Shown here: positions 55,554 through 64,000 of the stretch, in pieces | How the letters are laid out: the number at the start of each line of letters is the position of its first letter | Position numbering within the stretch: position 1 is the stretch's first letter | NCBI GenBank assembly: GCA_963723125.1 | Contig: CAVRPQ010000005.1 | Location: 174,717-238,716 of the forward strand | Reading direction: 5' to 3' | DNA from: an uncultured bacterium | GTDB taxonomy: Bacteria > Verrucomicrobiota > Verrucomicrobiia > Limisphaerales > UBA11358 | DNA length: 64,000 nucleotides | Notes under the pieces: model-generated | Databases searched by the model: none | What the model saw: the letters and a program-made list of their open reading frames with translations, nothing else | What the model was told of the DNA's origin: nothing | Position numbers and translations under genes: made by a program

Positions 55554-57719
55554 ATGCCCGGCGCCCCCCAGTCCGCTTCCACCTCGGACCAGTCGCCGCC
55601 CCTGGGAGTGACTCGCCTGCCTCGCGTCCACCGCGGCTGGCGTGTGTTTATTTTTTATTCCTGCGCCCTGTTGCTGACAGGCCTGGTTTCCATGCTCTTT
55701 GCCGATTTGCTCTGGCGTGCGGGCTGGTCCGCCTCGAGCGTCATGCTGTTCGCTGTGTTTGTCATTTTGTTTTTGTTGATCGCGGTCGGTTGCATGCACG
55801 GCGTGTTCGGTTTTGTCTTGCGCGCCGTCGGCGACCCCCGCCGCATCACGCGAGCGGATTATCGCGCGCAAAGCATCGCCGGCGCCAGCACGGCCATCGT
55901 TTTTCCCATCTACAATGAAAACATCGTGCGCGTTTACGAAGGTCTGCGCGCCACCTACGAATCGCTCGCACAAACCGGCCAGCTCGAACACTTCGACTTT
56001 TTCATTCTCAGCGATTCAACCGATCCCGACAAATGGGTGGAAGAAGAGCGGCATTGGTATGAATTGATCCGCGACCTGGACGCCCTGGGACGGATTTATT
56101 ATCGCCGCCGCACGGACAACGAAGGCCGCAAGAGCGGTAACGTGCGCGACTTTCTCAACGCCTGGGGCCGCCGTTACCGCTATTTCCTGGTGTGTGATGC
56201 CGACAGCGTCATGCGCGGCGAGACCCTGGTGGATTTGGTGAAGTTGATGGAATTGCATCCGACCGTCGGGCTGATTCAAACCGTACCGGCGCTTGTGAAC
56301 GCGGAATCACTCTTCGGCCGCATCCAGCAATTCTCCAACCGCCTTTACGCGCCGGTGTTCATCGCGGGGCTGAATTATTGGGCGCTGAATCTGGGCAATT
56401 ATTGGGGGCACAATGCCATCATTCGCACCGAACCGTTCATGCAGCATTGCGATCTGCCGCAGTTGCCCGGGCACAAACCCTTTGGCGGCCAGATTTTGAG
56501 TCACGATTTCGTCGAGGCCGCGCTGTTATCGCGGGCAAACTGGGAGGTGTGGCTCGCCTATGATCTCGAAGGCAGTTATGAGGAAGTCCCGCAGGGAATG
56601 ATTGAAAATGCGCAGCGTGAACGTCGCTGGTGCCAGGGCAATCTGCAACACAGCCTCGTATTGTTCGCCAAAGGACTGCGGGGGGTGAACCGGCTGCATC
56701 TGTTGCTGGGCATTTGCGGCTATCTCGCCGGGCCGCTGTGGCTGGTGTTTTTGCTGACGTTCAACTGGATCCATTGGTATCAAAAATACACCGGCCTGTC
56801 GGAAATCATGGTGCATGGCTACTTGACCAACCTCAGCAGCACCGCTCACGCCTTTCTGGTTTTCAGCATCTGCATGGCGGTTCTTTTTTTGCCGAAGGCG
56901 TTGGCGTTGGTTGATCTGGCGTTTGATTGGGAACGCCGCCGGGCCTTCGGCGGCCTGGCCCGCACCACGGTCGGGGTCGTGGGCGAGACTATTTTTTCCA
57001 CGCTCCATGCGCCGCTCTTGATGCTCTGGCACACACGGTTTGTCGTCACAAACCTGTTTGGCGCCAGTGTGGGTTGGAGCCAGCAAAAACGCGGGCCCGA
57101 TGGCACGACCTGGTTGTCCGCCATCCGGCGGCATTGGGGCCACACTCTTATCGGCCTGGTTTGGGGTGTATTCATGTGGCAGTTGAATCAGATCCTGTTC
57201 TGGTGGTTCACACCGGTATTCACCGGGATGGTCCTTTCCATCCCGCTCAGCGTGTGGACGAGCCGGCGCAGCCTCGGCGCGCGCGCGCGAAAACTCGGAC
57301 TGTTTCTGACTCCGGAAGAAACCAAACCGCCGGTCGAACTCGTTTCGTTGCGCTCGCAGTTGAGAATCCACGAAATGACCGACGACACTACCCCGCGCCA
57401 TCCTCACGCCAGTCTGGCTGAAGCAGTGCTGGACCCTTACGTCAACGCGATTCATGTTTCGCTGCTGCGTGAAAAGCAGTTGAATCCCGTTTATGCCGAG
57501 CAACTCGCCAGGCTCGGCACCGGACGCGAAGAAGTGTGGGCCTTGGGAAAGAAATTACTGGCTGAAGGTCCGACCCAATTGACCGCAGCGGAACGGCTTC
57601 TGGTCATGACCGATGCACACGCAATGGTCCGGCTGCATCAGCAAGCCTGGTTGCGCCCCGACGAATCGCTCGCGCCCTGGTGGCGGGCGGCCATTCAGGA
57701 ATACAGTCGCCGCGAATGA
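55554..57719 (+). CDS. opgH: OPG glucosyltransferase H (GT2)
   Basis: PIYNE, ILSDS, RKSGN, DADS, YWGHNAIIR, LSHDFVEA and RWCQGNLQH motifs. Confidence 0.94.
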   Translation: MPGAPQSASTSDQSPPLGVTRLPRVHRGWRVFIFYSCALLLTGLVSMLFADLLWRAGWSASSVMLFAVFVILFLLIAVGCMHGVFGFVLRAVGDPRRITRADYRAQSIAGASTAIVFPIYNENIVRVYEGLRATYESLAQTGQLEHFDFFILSDSTDPDKWVEEERHWYELIRDLDALGRIYYRRRTDNEGRKSGNVRDFLNAWGRRYRYFLVCDADSVMRGETLVDLVKLMELHPTVGLIQTVPALVNAESLFGRIQQFSNRLYAPVFIAGLNYWALNLGNYWGHNAIIRTEPFMQHCDLPQLPGHKPFGGQILSHDFVEAALLSRANWEVWLAYDLEGSYEEVPQGMIENAQRERRWCQGNLQHSLVLFAKGLRGVNRLHLLLGICGYLAGPLWLVFLLTFNWIHWYQKYTGLSEIMVHGYLTNLSSTAHAFLVFSICMAVLFLPKALALVDLAFDWERRRAFGGLARTTVGVVGETIFSTLHAPLLMLWHTRFVVTNLFGASVGWSQQKRGPDGTTWLSAIRRHWGHTLIGLVWGVFMWQLNQILFWWFTPVFTGMVLSIPLSVWTSRRSLGARARKLGLFLTPEETKPPVELVSLRSQLRIHEMTDDTTPRHPHASLAEAVLDPYVNAIHVSLLREKQLNPVYAEQLARLGTGREEVWALGKKLLAEGPTQLTAAERLLVMTDAHAMVRLHQQAWLRPDESLAPWWRAAIQEYSRRE

Positions 57720-57854
57720 AATAAACCGGCTGCCATAATGTTCCTGAAGCGAATTCCCCAATGCGGAGGTTCCATCCCTTCACTTCGCCGCGATCGGATT
57801 GATTTTGAGATTTCGTTCTGGTGCAACCAAAAGTGCGTTATATATCGTTTACTC

Positions 57855-59162
57855 ATGCGAGCCAAACACTTCTTCCTCCTGGTTTTTGCCCTGGTTGCTT
57901 TAACCGCTGCAAGCCCCGCTCGGGCACAGATGACAGTCGCGCCCGACAGGCCCGCTGGCGTGTACCGGGTCGGGGACACCGTTCATTGGACAGTTGAATG
58001 GAAAGGTGAATCCAATGCGCCGGCGGCCCATTATACTCTCAAAAGTGGCGGCTTAAAAGATGTGGGGCAAGGCAACCTGAGCTTCACCAACAATATCGCC
58101 GGCATGGAAACCAGGTTCGATGCGCCGGGCACCATGCTGGTAGAGGTGCAATGGCAGCCGGAGAACGCCACTAATCGCGCCGTGGGCGGCGCCGTGGCCG
58201 CGCCGGACAAAATCCTGCCTGCCGCGTCAATGCCGGCCGATTTCGATGCGTTCTGGAAAACCAAACTGAAGGAATTGAGGAAAGTTCCCACGGATCCAAA
58301 ACTTGAAGGGGAAACCAGCGGAAGACCGGGCGTGGCTTATTGGAAAATCACCATGAACAATATCCGTGGAACCCATATCGCAGGCCAGATCGCCCGGCCC
58401 GAGCAGGGCAAAAAGTTCCCCGCGTTGCTCATTGTTCAATGGGCGGGTGTTTACGGATTGCAGAAAAGCTGGGTGACGGACCGGGCGGCAGAAGGCTGGC
58501 TGGCGCTGAACATTGAGCCTCACGATCTGCCGATTGACAAACCGGCGGAGTTTTACCAGGAACAATTCGCCGGGCCGCTCAAGGATTACTGGTCCATCGG
58601 CAACGACAATCGCGACACGAGTTATTATTTGCGGATGTATTTATCGTGCTATCGTGCGATTGAATACTTAAAGATGCGCGCGGATTGGAACGGCAAGACG
58701 CTGGTGGTGATGGGCGACAGTCAGGGCGGGCAACAGACCATCATGATCGCCGGATTGCATCCCAGGGACATCACTGCGGCGCTGGCACTGGTGCCGGCGA
58801 ACGGCGACACGCTGGCGCCCGAAGTCGGCCGCGCACCCGGCTGGCCGCATTGGTATTTCAACACGGAAGGCAAAGACCCGGCGAAAGTGCATGAAGCCAG
58901 CCGTTATTATGATATCGCAAACTTCGCGCGGCACATCAAATGCCCCGTGCTGGTCGGCCTGGGGCTGAGAGACGAAACCTGTCCGCCATCAAGCGTGTTG
59001 GCGGCGGTGAATGAAATCACCTCGCCGAAGGAAGTGGTCATCCTGCCAAAGTCTGGCCATCAAGACGAACACGGAACGCAAAGTTTCTACAATCAGCGTC
59101 GCTATGGCGGCTGGCTGCCCGCCTTGCGACTAGGCCGCCCTGCTCCGATCGAACAACACTGA
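57855..59162 (+). CDS. Acetylxylan esterase / cephalosporin-C deacetylase family (CE7-like), secreted
   Basis: Signal peptide, PADFDAFW, GDSQGG (Ser), DETCPP (Asp) and SGH (His). Confidence 0.85.
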   Translation: MRAKHFFLLVFALVALTAASPARAQMTVAPDRPAGVYRVGDTVHWTVEWKGESNAPAAHYTLKSGGLKDVGQGNLSFTNNIAGMETRFDAPGTMLVEVQWQPENATNRAVGGAVAAPDKILPAASMPADFDAFWKTKLKELRKVPTDPKLEGETSGRPGVAYWKITMNNIRGTHIAGQIARPEQGKKFPALLIVQWAGVYGLQKSWVTDRAAEGWLALNIEPHDLPIDKPAEFYQEQFAGPLKDYWSIGNDNRDTSYYLRMYLSCYRAIEYLKMRADWNGKTLVVMGDSQGGQQTIMIAGLHPRDITAALALVPANGDTLAPEVGRAPGWPHWYFNTEGKDPAKVHEASRYYDIANFARHIKCPVLVGLGLRDETCPPSSVLAAVNEITSPKEVVILPKSGHQDEHGTQSFYNQRRYGGWLPALRLGRPAPIEQH

Positions 59163-59194
59163 ATCCAGCCGGCCGGAAAACTTCTACGGCGAAG

Positions 59195-59833
59195 CTATTG
59201 GGCCGGGATGATTTCAATCCCGTTGATCTCGGGACTTTGCACGTTGGCTGTAAAGGTAATGACCAGTTTGCCATCCGTGACCTCCACGTTGTCCACGGTT
59301 ACGTCATAGGCGCGCTGCGGGCCGCCAGCCTTGACCCAGACATCGAAATCCTTGAATTCGGGTTGCCCGCCCACATTGAAGGAAAACACCCGGTCTCCCG
59401 GCCCGGTGATGCCGTCATAGGTTTCGGCAAAATGCAGTTTCACCGTGTATTTGCCGTTGGGAACATTTTCAGAAAAGGACGTCATATCATAATGCTCGGT
59501 CCGATACAGCGCGGGATCCTTCGTGTTGGCAATGGGCATGTCGTTGTCCCGGGTTATCACCTCGCCATCCGCAAAACCCTGGTCGGCGAGCCAGGTGTTG
59601 CCCTCGGAATCAACGTAGTTTGTGTCTGAGCCGGCATCAATACGGATGACCTTGGGTACGGGTGCGGGCGCGGCCTCGGCGGTTGCGGTGGGCGCCGTGG
59701 CCGGCGCGGCCACGGTTGCCGGTTTGCTGCTCGATTGCTCCCTGGCAGATTGACAACCGACGAGTAAAAACATAGCGAGCGCCGAAATCAGCGATCCGCA
59801 CGACCACAAGATTGGGTGTTTTGTACGATTCAT
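59195..59833 (-). CDS. Malectin-domain lipoprotein
   Basis: Lipobox LVGC, Ala/Pro/Thr linker, RIDAG, LYRTEHY, VKLHFAETY, RVFS and INGIEI motifs. Confidence 0.85.
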   Translation of the reverse strand: MNRTKHPILWSCGSLISALAMFLLVGCQSAREQSSSKPATVAAPATAPTATAEAAPAPVPKVIRIDAGSDTNYVDSEGNTWLADQGFADGEVITRDNDMPIANTKDPALYRTEHYDMTSFSENVPNGKYTVKLHFAETYDGITGPGDRVFSFNVGGQPEFKDFDVWVKAGGPQRAYDVTVDNVEVTDGKLVITFTANVQSPEINGIEIIPAQ

Positions 59834-59926
59834 TTATTTTTTGTGTTGGGTTATGAGTAGTTGGTGAAATAGTGCAACGCCAGCCGCTTGGCGACAAGTG
59901 AAAAAGTTTTTTGAACCCGAAAGAGT

Positions 59927-61126
59927 TTACTGTTTTTGGAGCCGCAACATCAGGACATCATGTCCCGGCAATTCGGCATTCAAAGGTTTTTCCGTGGTTC
60001 CCATATCTGTTTTTGTCCACAGGTCGCGAATGCCATAGACGGTCGTGTCAAATGCGGTGTCCCGTTTGGAAAGATCGTCGCTGACTTTTTCATTTTTCCA
60101 ATTGAAGAAGACCTTCTGTGGCCGGGTGCTGCGGTTGAGCACGCACACGGCCCAATCTCCGTCCGCCAACGGTTTGAACCAGACTTCCCGAATGCCGTCC
60201 GAGGAATACCGGAACCCTTCAATCCCCAGTTTGTCCTGGTCAACCGCGATGGCGTCTTTGTTCATCAGGATTTCAGACGTTTCCGGGGACATGCTGCGCA
60301 AATCGTTTCCGGCAATGAGTGGCGCGGCCAGCATGCACCACATGGAAAAGTGCGCGCGATCCTCGTTCGTGGTCATGCCGTTGCCGACTTCCAGCATGTC
60401 CGGGTCGTTCCAATGGCCGGGGCCGGCATATTTTCGCAGCCCTTTCTGCTGGTCCAGAATTTGCAGGACGCCCCATTGATACCACGTGCCGTGGTCCTGC
60501 TTGCAATCGAAACAGGGATAAATGTCGCCGGTCGTGCGCCACAGATTGCCGACATCACCGCCCCATTCCCAAGGTTTGTTGTTGCCCCATTCGCAGATGC
60601 TGAAAACGATGGGCCGGCCGGCCGCGTGCAACGCGTCCCGCATGGTCGTGTAGGCGCCTTTGGCATTCAAATCTTCACAGCCGCACCAGTCATACTTCAG
60701 GTAATCAATGCCCCACTCGGCGTACATCAGCGCATCCTGATATTCGTGACCGCGGCTGGCAGGGTATCCGCCGCACGTCTTCGCGCCGGCGTCCGAGTAG
60801 ATGCCCAGCTTCAAGCCCTTGGAATGAACGTAATCGGCCAGCGCTTTCATCCCCGAAGGAAATTTTTTTGGATTCGCATGAATAAAACCTTGAGCATCGC
60901 GCTCGCCCTCCCAAGTATCGTCAATGTTGACATATTCATATCCCGCGTCCTTCATACCCGAGGAAACCATCGCGTCGGCGGTTTGCCGGATCAGTTCCTC
61001 GTTCACGGCGCTGCCGAATTTGTTCCAACTGTTCCAGCCCATAGGCGGGGTCAGGGCCAGATCAGGGAATTTCTGGCCGTAGGCGGTGACACCAGCCAAA
61101 CAGAGAAATAGAAGAATTTTTTTCAT
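59927..61126 (-). CDS. GH27 alpha-galactosidase, secreted
   Basis: TPPMGWNSWN, NIDDTW, YLKYDWC, WRTTGDI and WNDPDMLEVGNG motifs. Confidence 0.93.
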   Translation of the reverse strand: MKKILLFLCLAGVTAYGQKFPDLALTPPMGWNSWNKFGSAVNEELIRQTADAMVSSGMKDAGYEYVNIDDTWEGERDAQGFIHANPKKFPSGMKALADYVHSKGLKLGIYSDAGAKTCGGYPASRGHEYQDALMYAEWGIDYLKYDWCGCEDLNAKGAYTTMRDALHAAGRPIVFSICEWGNNKPWEWGGDVGNLWRTTGDIYPCFDCKQDHGTWYQWGVLQILDQQKGLRKYAGPGHWNDPDMLEVGNGMTTNEDRAHFSMWCMLAAPLIAGNDLRSMSPETSEILMNKDAIAVDQDKLGIEGFRYSSDGIREVWFKPLADGDWAVCVLNRSTRPQKVFFNWKNEKVSDDLSKRDTAFDTTVYGIRDLWTKTDMGTTEKPLNAELPGHDVLMLRLQKQ

Positions 61127-61406
61127 GGTTATTCAGCAGTTTTCCCCGAAGCATGGCCAACCCGTTGCTCAGACGCAATGCGGGAAAATATAATTTGGCC
61201 GGCTTAAGCCCAGGCTATTCATGAAAGACAACCCGGTAAAATCACACTCTTGACTCAAATCCGGTTGCGACGGGAGAGTTTCAGGCACACGCGGGAATCG
61301 AACAAACACACAAGGAGAAAGAACCGGCGCACGAAGGAAACAAACTGTCATTCAAATGAAAAAAACTGAGACACAAAGCGGGGCAACTGAGACACGAAAC
61401 AATTTG

Positions 61407-61661
61407 AACCGCCAAGGCGCCAAGACGCAGAGGTTTGACGCGCATTCCAGAATTTAACACAAAACCAAACCTTTAACCACGGATGACACGGATTTTAAAG
61501 CCCGTTAGGGCTGGTACATTTGTATTTGTAGAAAACGAGCATTTGAGGAATTTCAAGCTCCGTCAGGAGCGACATCATCTTAAATTTGGGAGGGCGGGCG
61601 TCCTCGAGCCGGCTCGTCAGTAGCCCCGCCCCACCGAATATGCCGTTCCGACGGGGCTTGA
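61407..61661. repeat. Composite, nested cluster of short repeat elements
   Basis: CGCCAAG-type 9-mers (61407-61432), CACGGAT 9-mers (61475-61493) and an AGCCC/GGGCT hairpin (61499-61512). An inverted pair at 61553-61575 / 61640-61661 encloses a GGAG-type REP-like element (61588-61635). Confidence 0.65.
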
Positions 61662-61763
61662 ATTTGATTTGGGTGGTGGTTCCATGCGCCGGTTCTGGCA
61701 GGCCGCTCGAAGCCATAAATATTTGTATTGGCAATAGTTATGGTGAATTGATAAAAAACGGAC

Positions 61764-62294
61764 ATGTCGAAACCCAAGATGCCTCAAAAAGTGAGCGAAG
61801 AACTCATCCGCCAGTTTAACCAGGAGCTCGCCGCCGCACATTCGTATCTCGCGCTGTCCGTGTGGTGTGATCTTAGAAACCTCAAGGGCTTTGGCAAATA
61901 CCTTGTCAAACAGGCCGGAGAGGAGCGCGTCCACGCGGAAAGAATTCTCAAACACCTGACCGACCGCGGCGTGACGGCGGAAGTGACTGCGGTGCCCGCT
62001 CCGAAACAGGAATTCAAGACGCTGCTCGAAATCGCCCAACAAGCGCAGGCGCAGGAGCACGCCAACACACTCGGCGTCAACGCCGTCTATGAGGCGGCGG
62101 TGGCGGCAAAAGACTATCCCGCGCAAGTGCTCATGCACTGGTTCATCAACGAGCAGGTGGAAGAAGAAGATTGGTCCACGGAAATGGTTGAGCGCATTCA
62201 AGCGGCGACGTGCGCCGGCAGCTTGTCCGATCTGGATCGTCACATCGAACGCTACCTCGAACAGGAAGTTCGGGAAGTGCCGGCTGAAAAATAG
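61764..62294 (+). CDS. Non-heme ferritin
   Basis: Ferroxidase residues E..AHSY, EERVHA, QEH and WFINEQVEEE. Confidence 0.88.
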   Translation: MSKPKMPQKVSEELIRQFNQELAAAHSYLALSVWCDLRNLKGFGKYLVKQAGEERVHAERILKHLTDRGVTAEVTAVPAPKQEFKTLLEIAQQAQAQEHANTLGVNAVYEAAVAAKDYPAQVLMHWFINEQVEEEDWSTEMVERIQAATCAGSLSDLDRHIERYLEQEVREVPAEK

Positions 62295-62351
62295 TTTTTT
62301 GAGCACTGGACGAAACTTGACTTGCATCGGGCAAAAAAGGAGGCTGTCAGC

Positions 62352-62733
62352 GTGCTTGTCCGTTTTCGGTAAATGTCTTGTGATTGTCGCGCTCACCGTG
62401 ACGGTGGGCGCACAATGGACGGTGCTGCAAACGGTTGCGTGGACAACAATGCTCGCGAACAACCTGCGCACACAGTCTATGATTGAGGCGATGTCGCACA
62501 CATTCGATGGCAAACATCCCTGCTGCCTTTGCAAGGCCATCGCCGCCGCAAAAAAGTCGGAAAAGAAAAACGAGTTCGCACTGGAGTTAAAGAAAATGGA
62601 ATTTCCGCCCGCGCCGGAAAATTTCGCAATCATCGCTCCCTCGCAGTTTCAGCTCTTGCCACAGGCCAACACTTTCGCCGATTCTCTCACTCAAAAGCCG
62701 CCGACACCCCCGCCGCGCGGATTCTTCGTTTAA
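62352..62733 (+). CDS. DUF2946-like CxxC / Pro-rich-tail small protein, apparent 1-nt insertion at 62363-62366
   Basis: AAGGAGG RBS before GTG 62352. Removing one T gives MLVRFGKCLVIVAL...HPCCLCKAI...QKPPTPPPRGFFV. Confidence 0.65.
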
Positions 62734-62835
62734 TTCAATTGCCGTCGATTGCCCGTGCCATGCTGGCGCGGGCGTAAATGTTTTCCTTTAACTTGAGAGC
62801 GCCATTGTGCGTTCTCACAACCTTGAATCTTGAAA

Positions 62836-63774
62836 ATGAAGAATAACACAAAATTTGATTCGACAGTTCTGAAAACTGGTCGCGGCCTGCTGGCTGTTTC
62901 CAGTGCGGTTTTTGCAGTTGCTGGTCTGGGGGCGGCAAACGCTCACGCGCATGGGTTTGTCGGCGACCGTTTTTTCCCGCCGACAATTGCCACGGATGAT
63001 CCCTTTGCGACGGACGAATTGTTGTTGCCGTCCCTCTCGTATTTCAAAAGCGCCGGCAGCCCGGCGACCGCCACCACAGATGGCGGCTTTGAATTCGACA
63101 AGGAAATTTTCCCCCACTTTGCCCTCGGCATTGCGGGAGATTATCTGCATTTGAAGCCAGATGGCGAACCGGCGTCCACCGGTTTTGATGACTTCACTTT
63201 GAGCGCCAAATACCAACTCTGGCAAAATGACGCACACGAAGCCATTTTCTCCATCGGCGGGGAATGGGAAATGGGCGGCACCGGCAGCAAACAAGTCGGC
63301 GCGGATTCCGCGAACACGTTCACACCGACGATTTATTTCGGCAAAGGCTTCGGTGATTTGCCGGACTCGCTGAAATACGCGCGGCCATTTGCCGTCACCG
63401 GCACGGTCGGCGAAGATTTGCCGACGAGCTCCGATCCCAACAACCTCGAATGGGGATTTGCGCTTGAATACAGCCTGCCTTACCTGCAAAGCCAGGTGAA
63501 GGACATCGGCTTGTCCGCGCCGTTCAAAAACATGATTCCGTTGGTGGAATTTTCCTTTTCATCCCCGGAAAACCGCGACGGCGGCAAAACAACCGGTACG
63601 ATCAATCCGGGTGTTCTTTACGAAAGCAAATACTTCCAGATCGGCGCGGAAGCGATCATCCCGGTCAACAATACCACCGGCAGCCAGGTCGGCGCGGTTG
63701 TTCAACTGGAAATCTTCATTGATGACATCTGGCCGAAATGGTTCGGCCATCCCCTCATCGGCAACGATAAATAA
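62836..63774 (+). CDS. Putative outer-membrane transporter / beta-barrel, copper-locus associated
   Basis: Signal peptide ending AHA, so the mature protein starts with His (HGFVGDRFFPPT). Beta-strand pattern; lies directly upstream of copC. Confidence 0.6.
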   Translation: MKNNTKFDSTVLKTGRGLLAVSSAVFAVAGLGAANAHAHGFVGDRFFPPTIATDDPFATDELLLPSLSYFKSAGSPATATTDGGFEFDKEIFPHFALGIAGDYLHLKPDGEPASTGFDDFTLSAKYQLWQNDAHEAIFSIGGEWEMGGTGSKQVGADSANTFTPTIYFGKGFGDLPDSLKYARPFAVTGTVGEDLPTSSDPNNLEWGFALEYSLPYLQSQVKDIGLSAPFKNMIPLVEFSFSSPENRDGGKTTGTINPGVLYESKYFQIGAEAIIPVNNTTGSQVGAVVQLEIFIDDIWPKWFGHPLIGNDK

Positions 63775-63813
63775 TAGTCTTGAAACTTAAAAACAAAAAC
63801 CATTCTGAACATT

Positions 63814-64000
63814 ATGAAAATAAATTCAATTCAACGCTGGTGTCTGGCTGGAGTTTTATTTTTGGCACTGCAATCCCAGGCATGGGCGCACGCATTTCTG
63901 GATCATGCTGACCCGAAAGTTGGAAGCACCGTCACCAACTCGCCGGCGGAAGTAAAAATCTGGTTCACACAGGAATTGGAACCGGCCTTCAGTTCCATTC
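63814..64000 (+). CDS. copC: Periplasmic copper-binding protein CopC (partial, runs off the window)
   Basis: My translation: MKINSIQRWCLAGVLFLALQSQAWA-HAFLDHADPKVGSTVTNSPAEVKIWFTQELEPAFSSI. N-terminal His after the signal peptide is the CopC signature. Confidence 0.85.
   Translation, partial: MKINSIQRWCLAGVLFLALQSQAWAHAFLDHADPKVGSTVTNSPAEVKIWFTQELEPAFSSI

Overview
Bacterial chromosomal window with GC-rich coding DNA. It is most likely Verrucomicrobiota (Pedosphaera/Limisphaera-like), which I infer from protein style, the IleS HIGT/KISKS motifs and a C-terminal 'FFRL' domain; no search was run. The content is mostly housekeeping and envelope genes: ileS, glnB, dnaA, clpXP, rsmA, queE, thiD, polX, purH, hldD, opgG/opgH, a wzc/wza EPS export locus, a TetR-regulated TolC/HlyD/ABC efflux system, a polyamine cluster, glycoside hydrolases, ferritin and the start of a copC locus. 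Two complete IS elements have resolvable ends: an ISKra4-like element at 1514-2874 in a DUF1326 gene and an IS630-like element at 33778-34915 in an SDR gene. I recognised no rRNA, tRNA or CRISPR array. The most unusual signals are small-scale. (1) At least four different REP-doublet (REPIN-like) palindromes and five 7-mer arrays sit in frame inside conserved enzymes, two of them in IleS. (2) Two toxin-antitoxin modules are each flanked by a diverged duplicate of the neighbouring gene's terminus, suggesting insertion by gene-end replacement. (3) A CxxC/PPPR leader peptide with hairpins precedes a copper-uptake locus. (4) A stop-less IS630 transposase reads in frame into a GH39 gene. Several single-base insertions look like sequencing errors and limit some conclusions. 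All calls come from reading motifs by eye.
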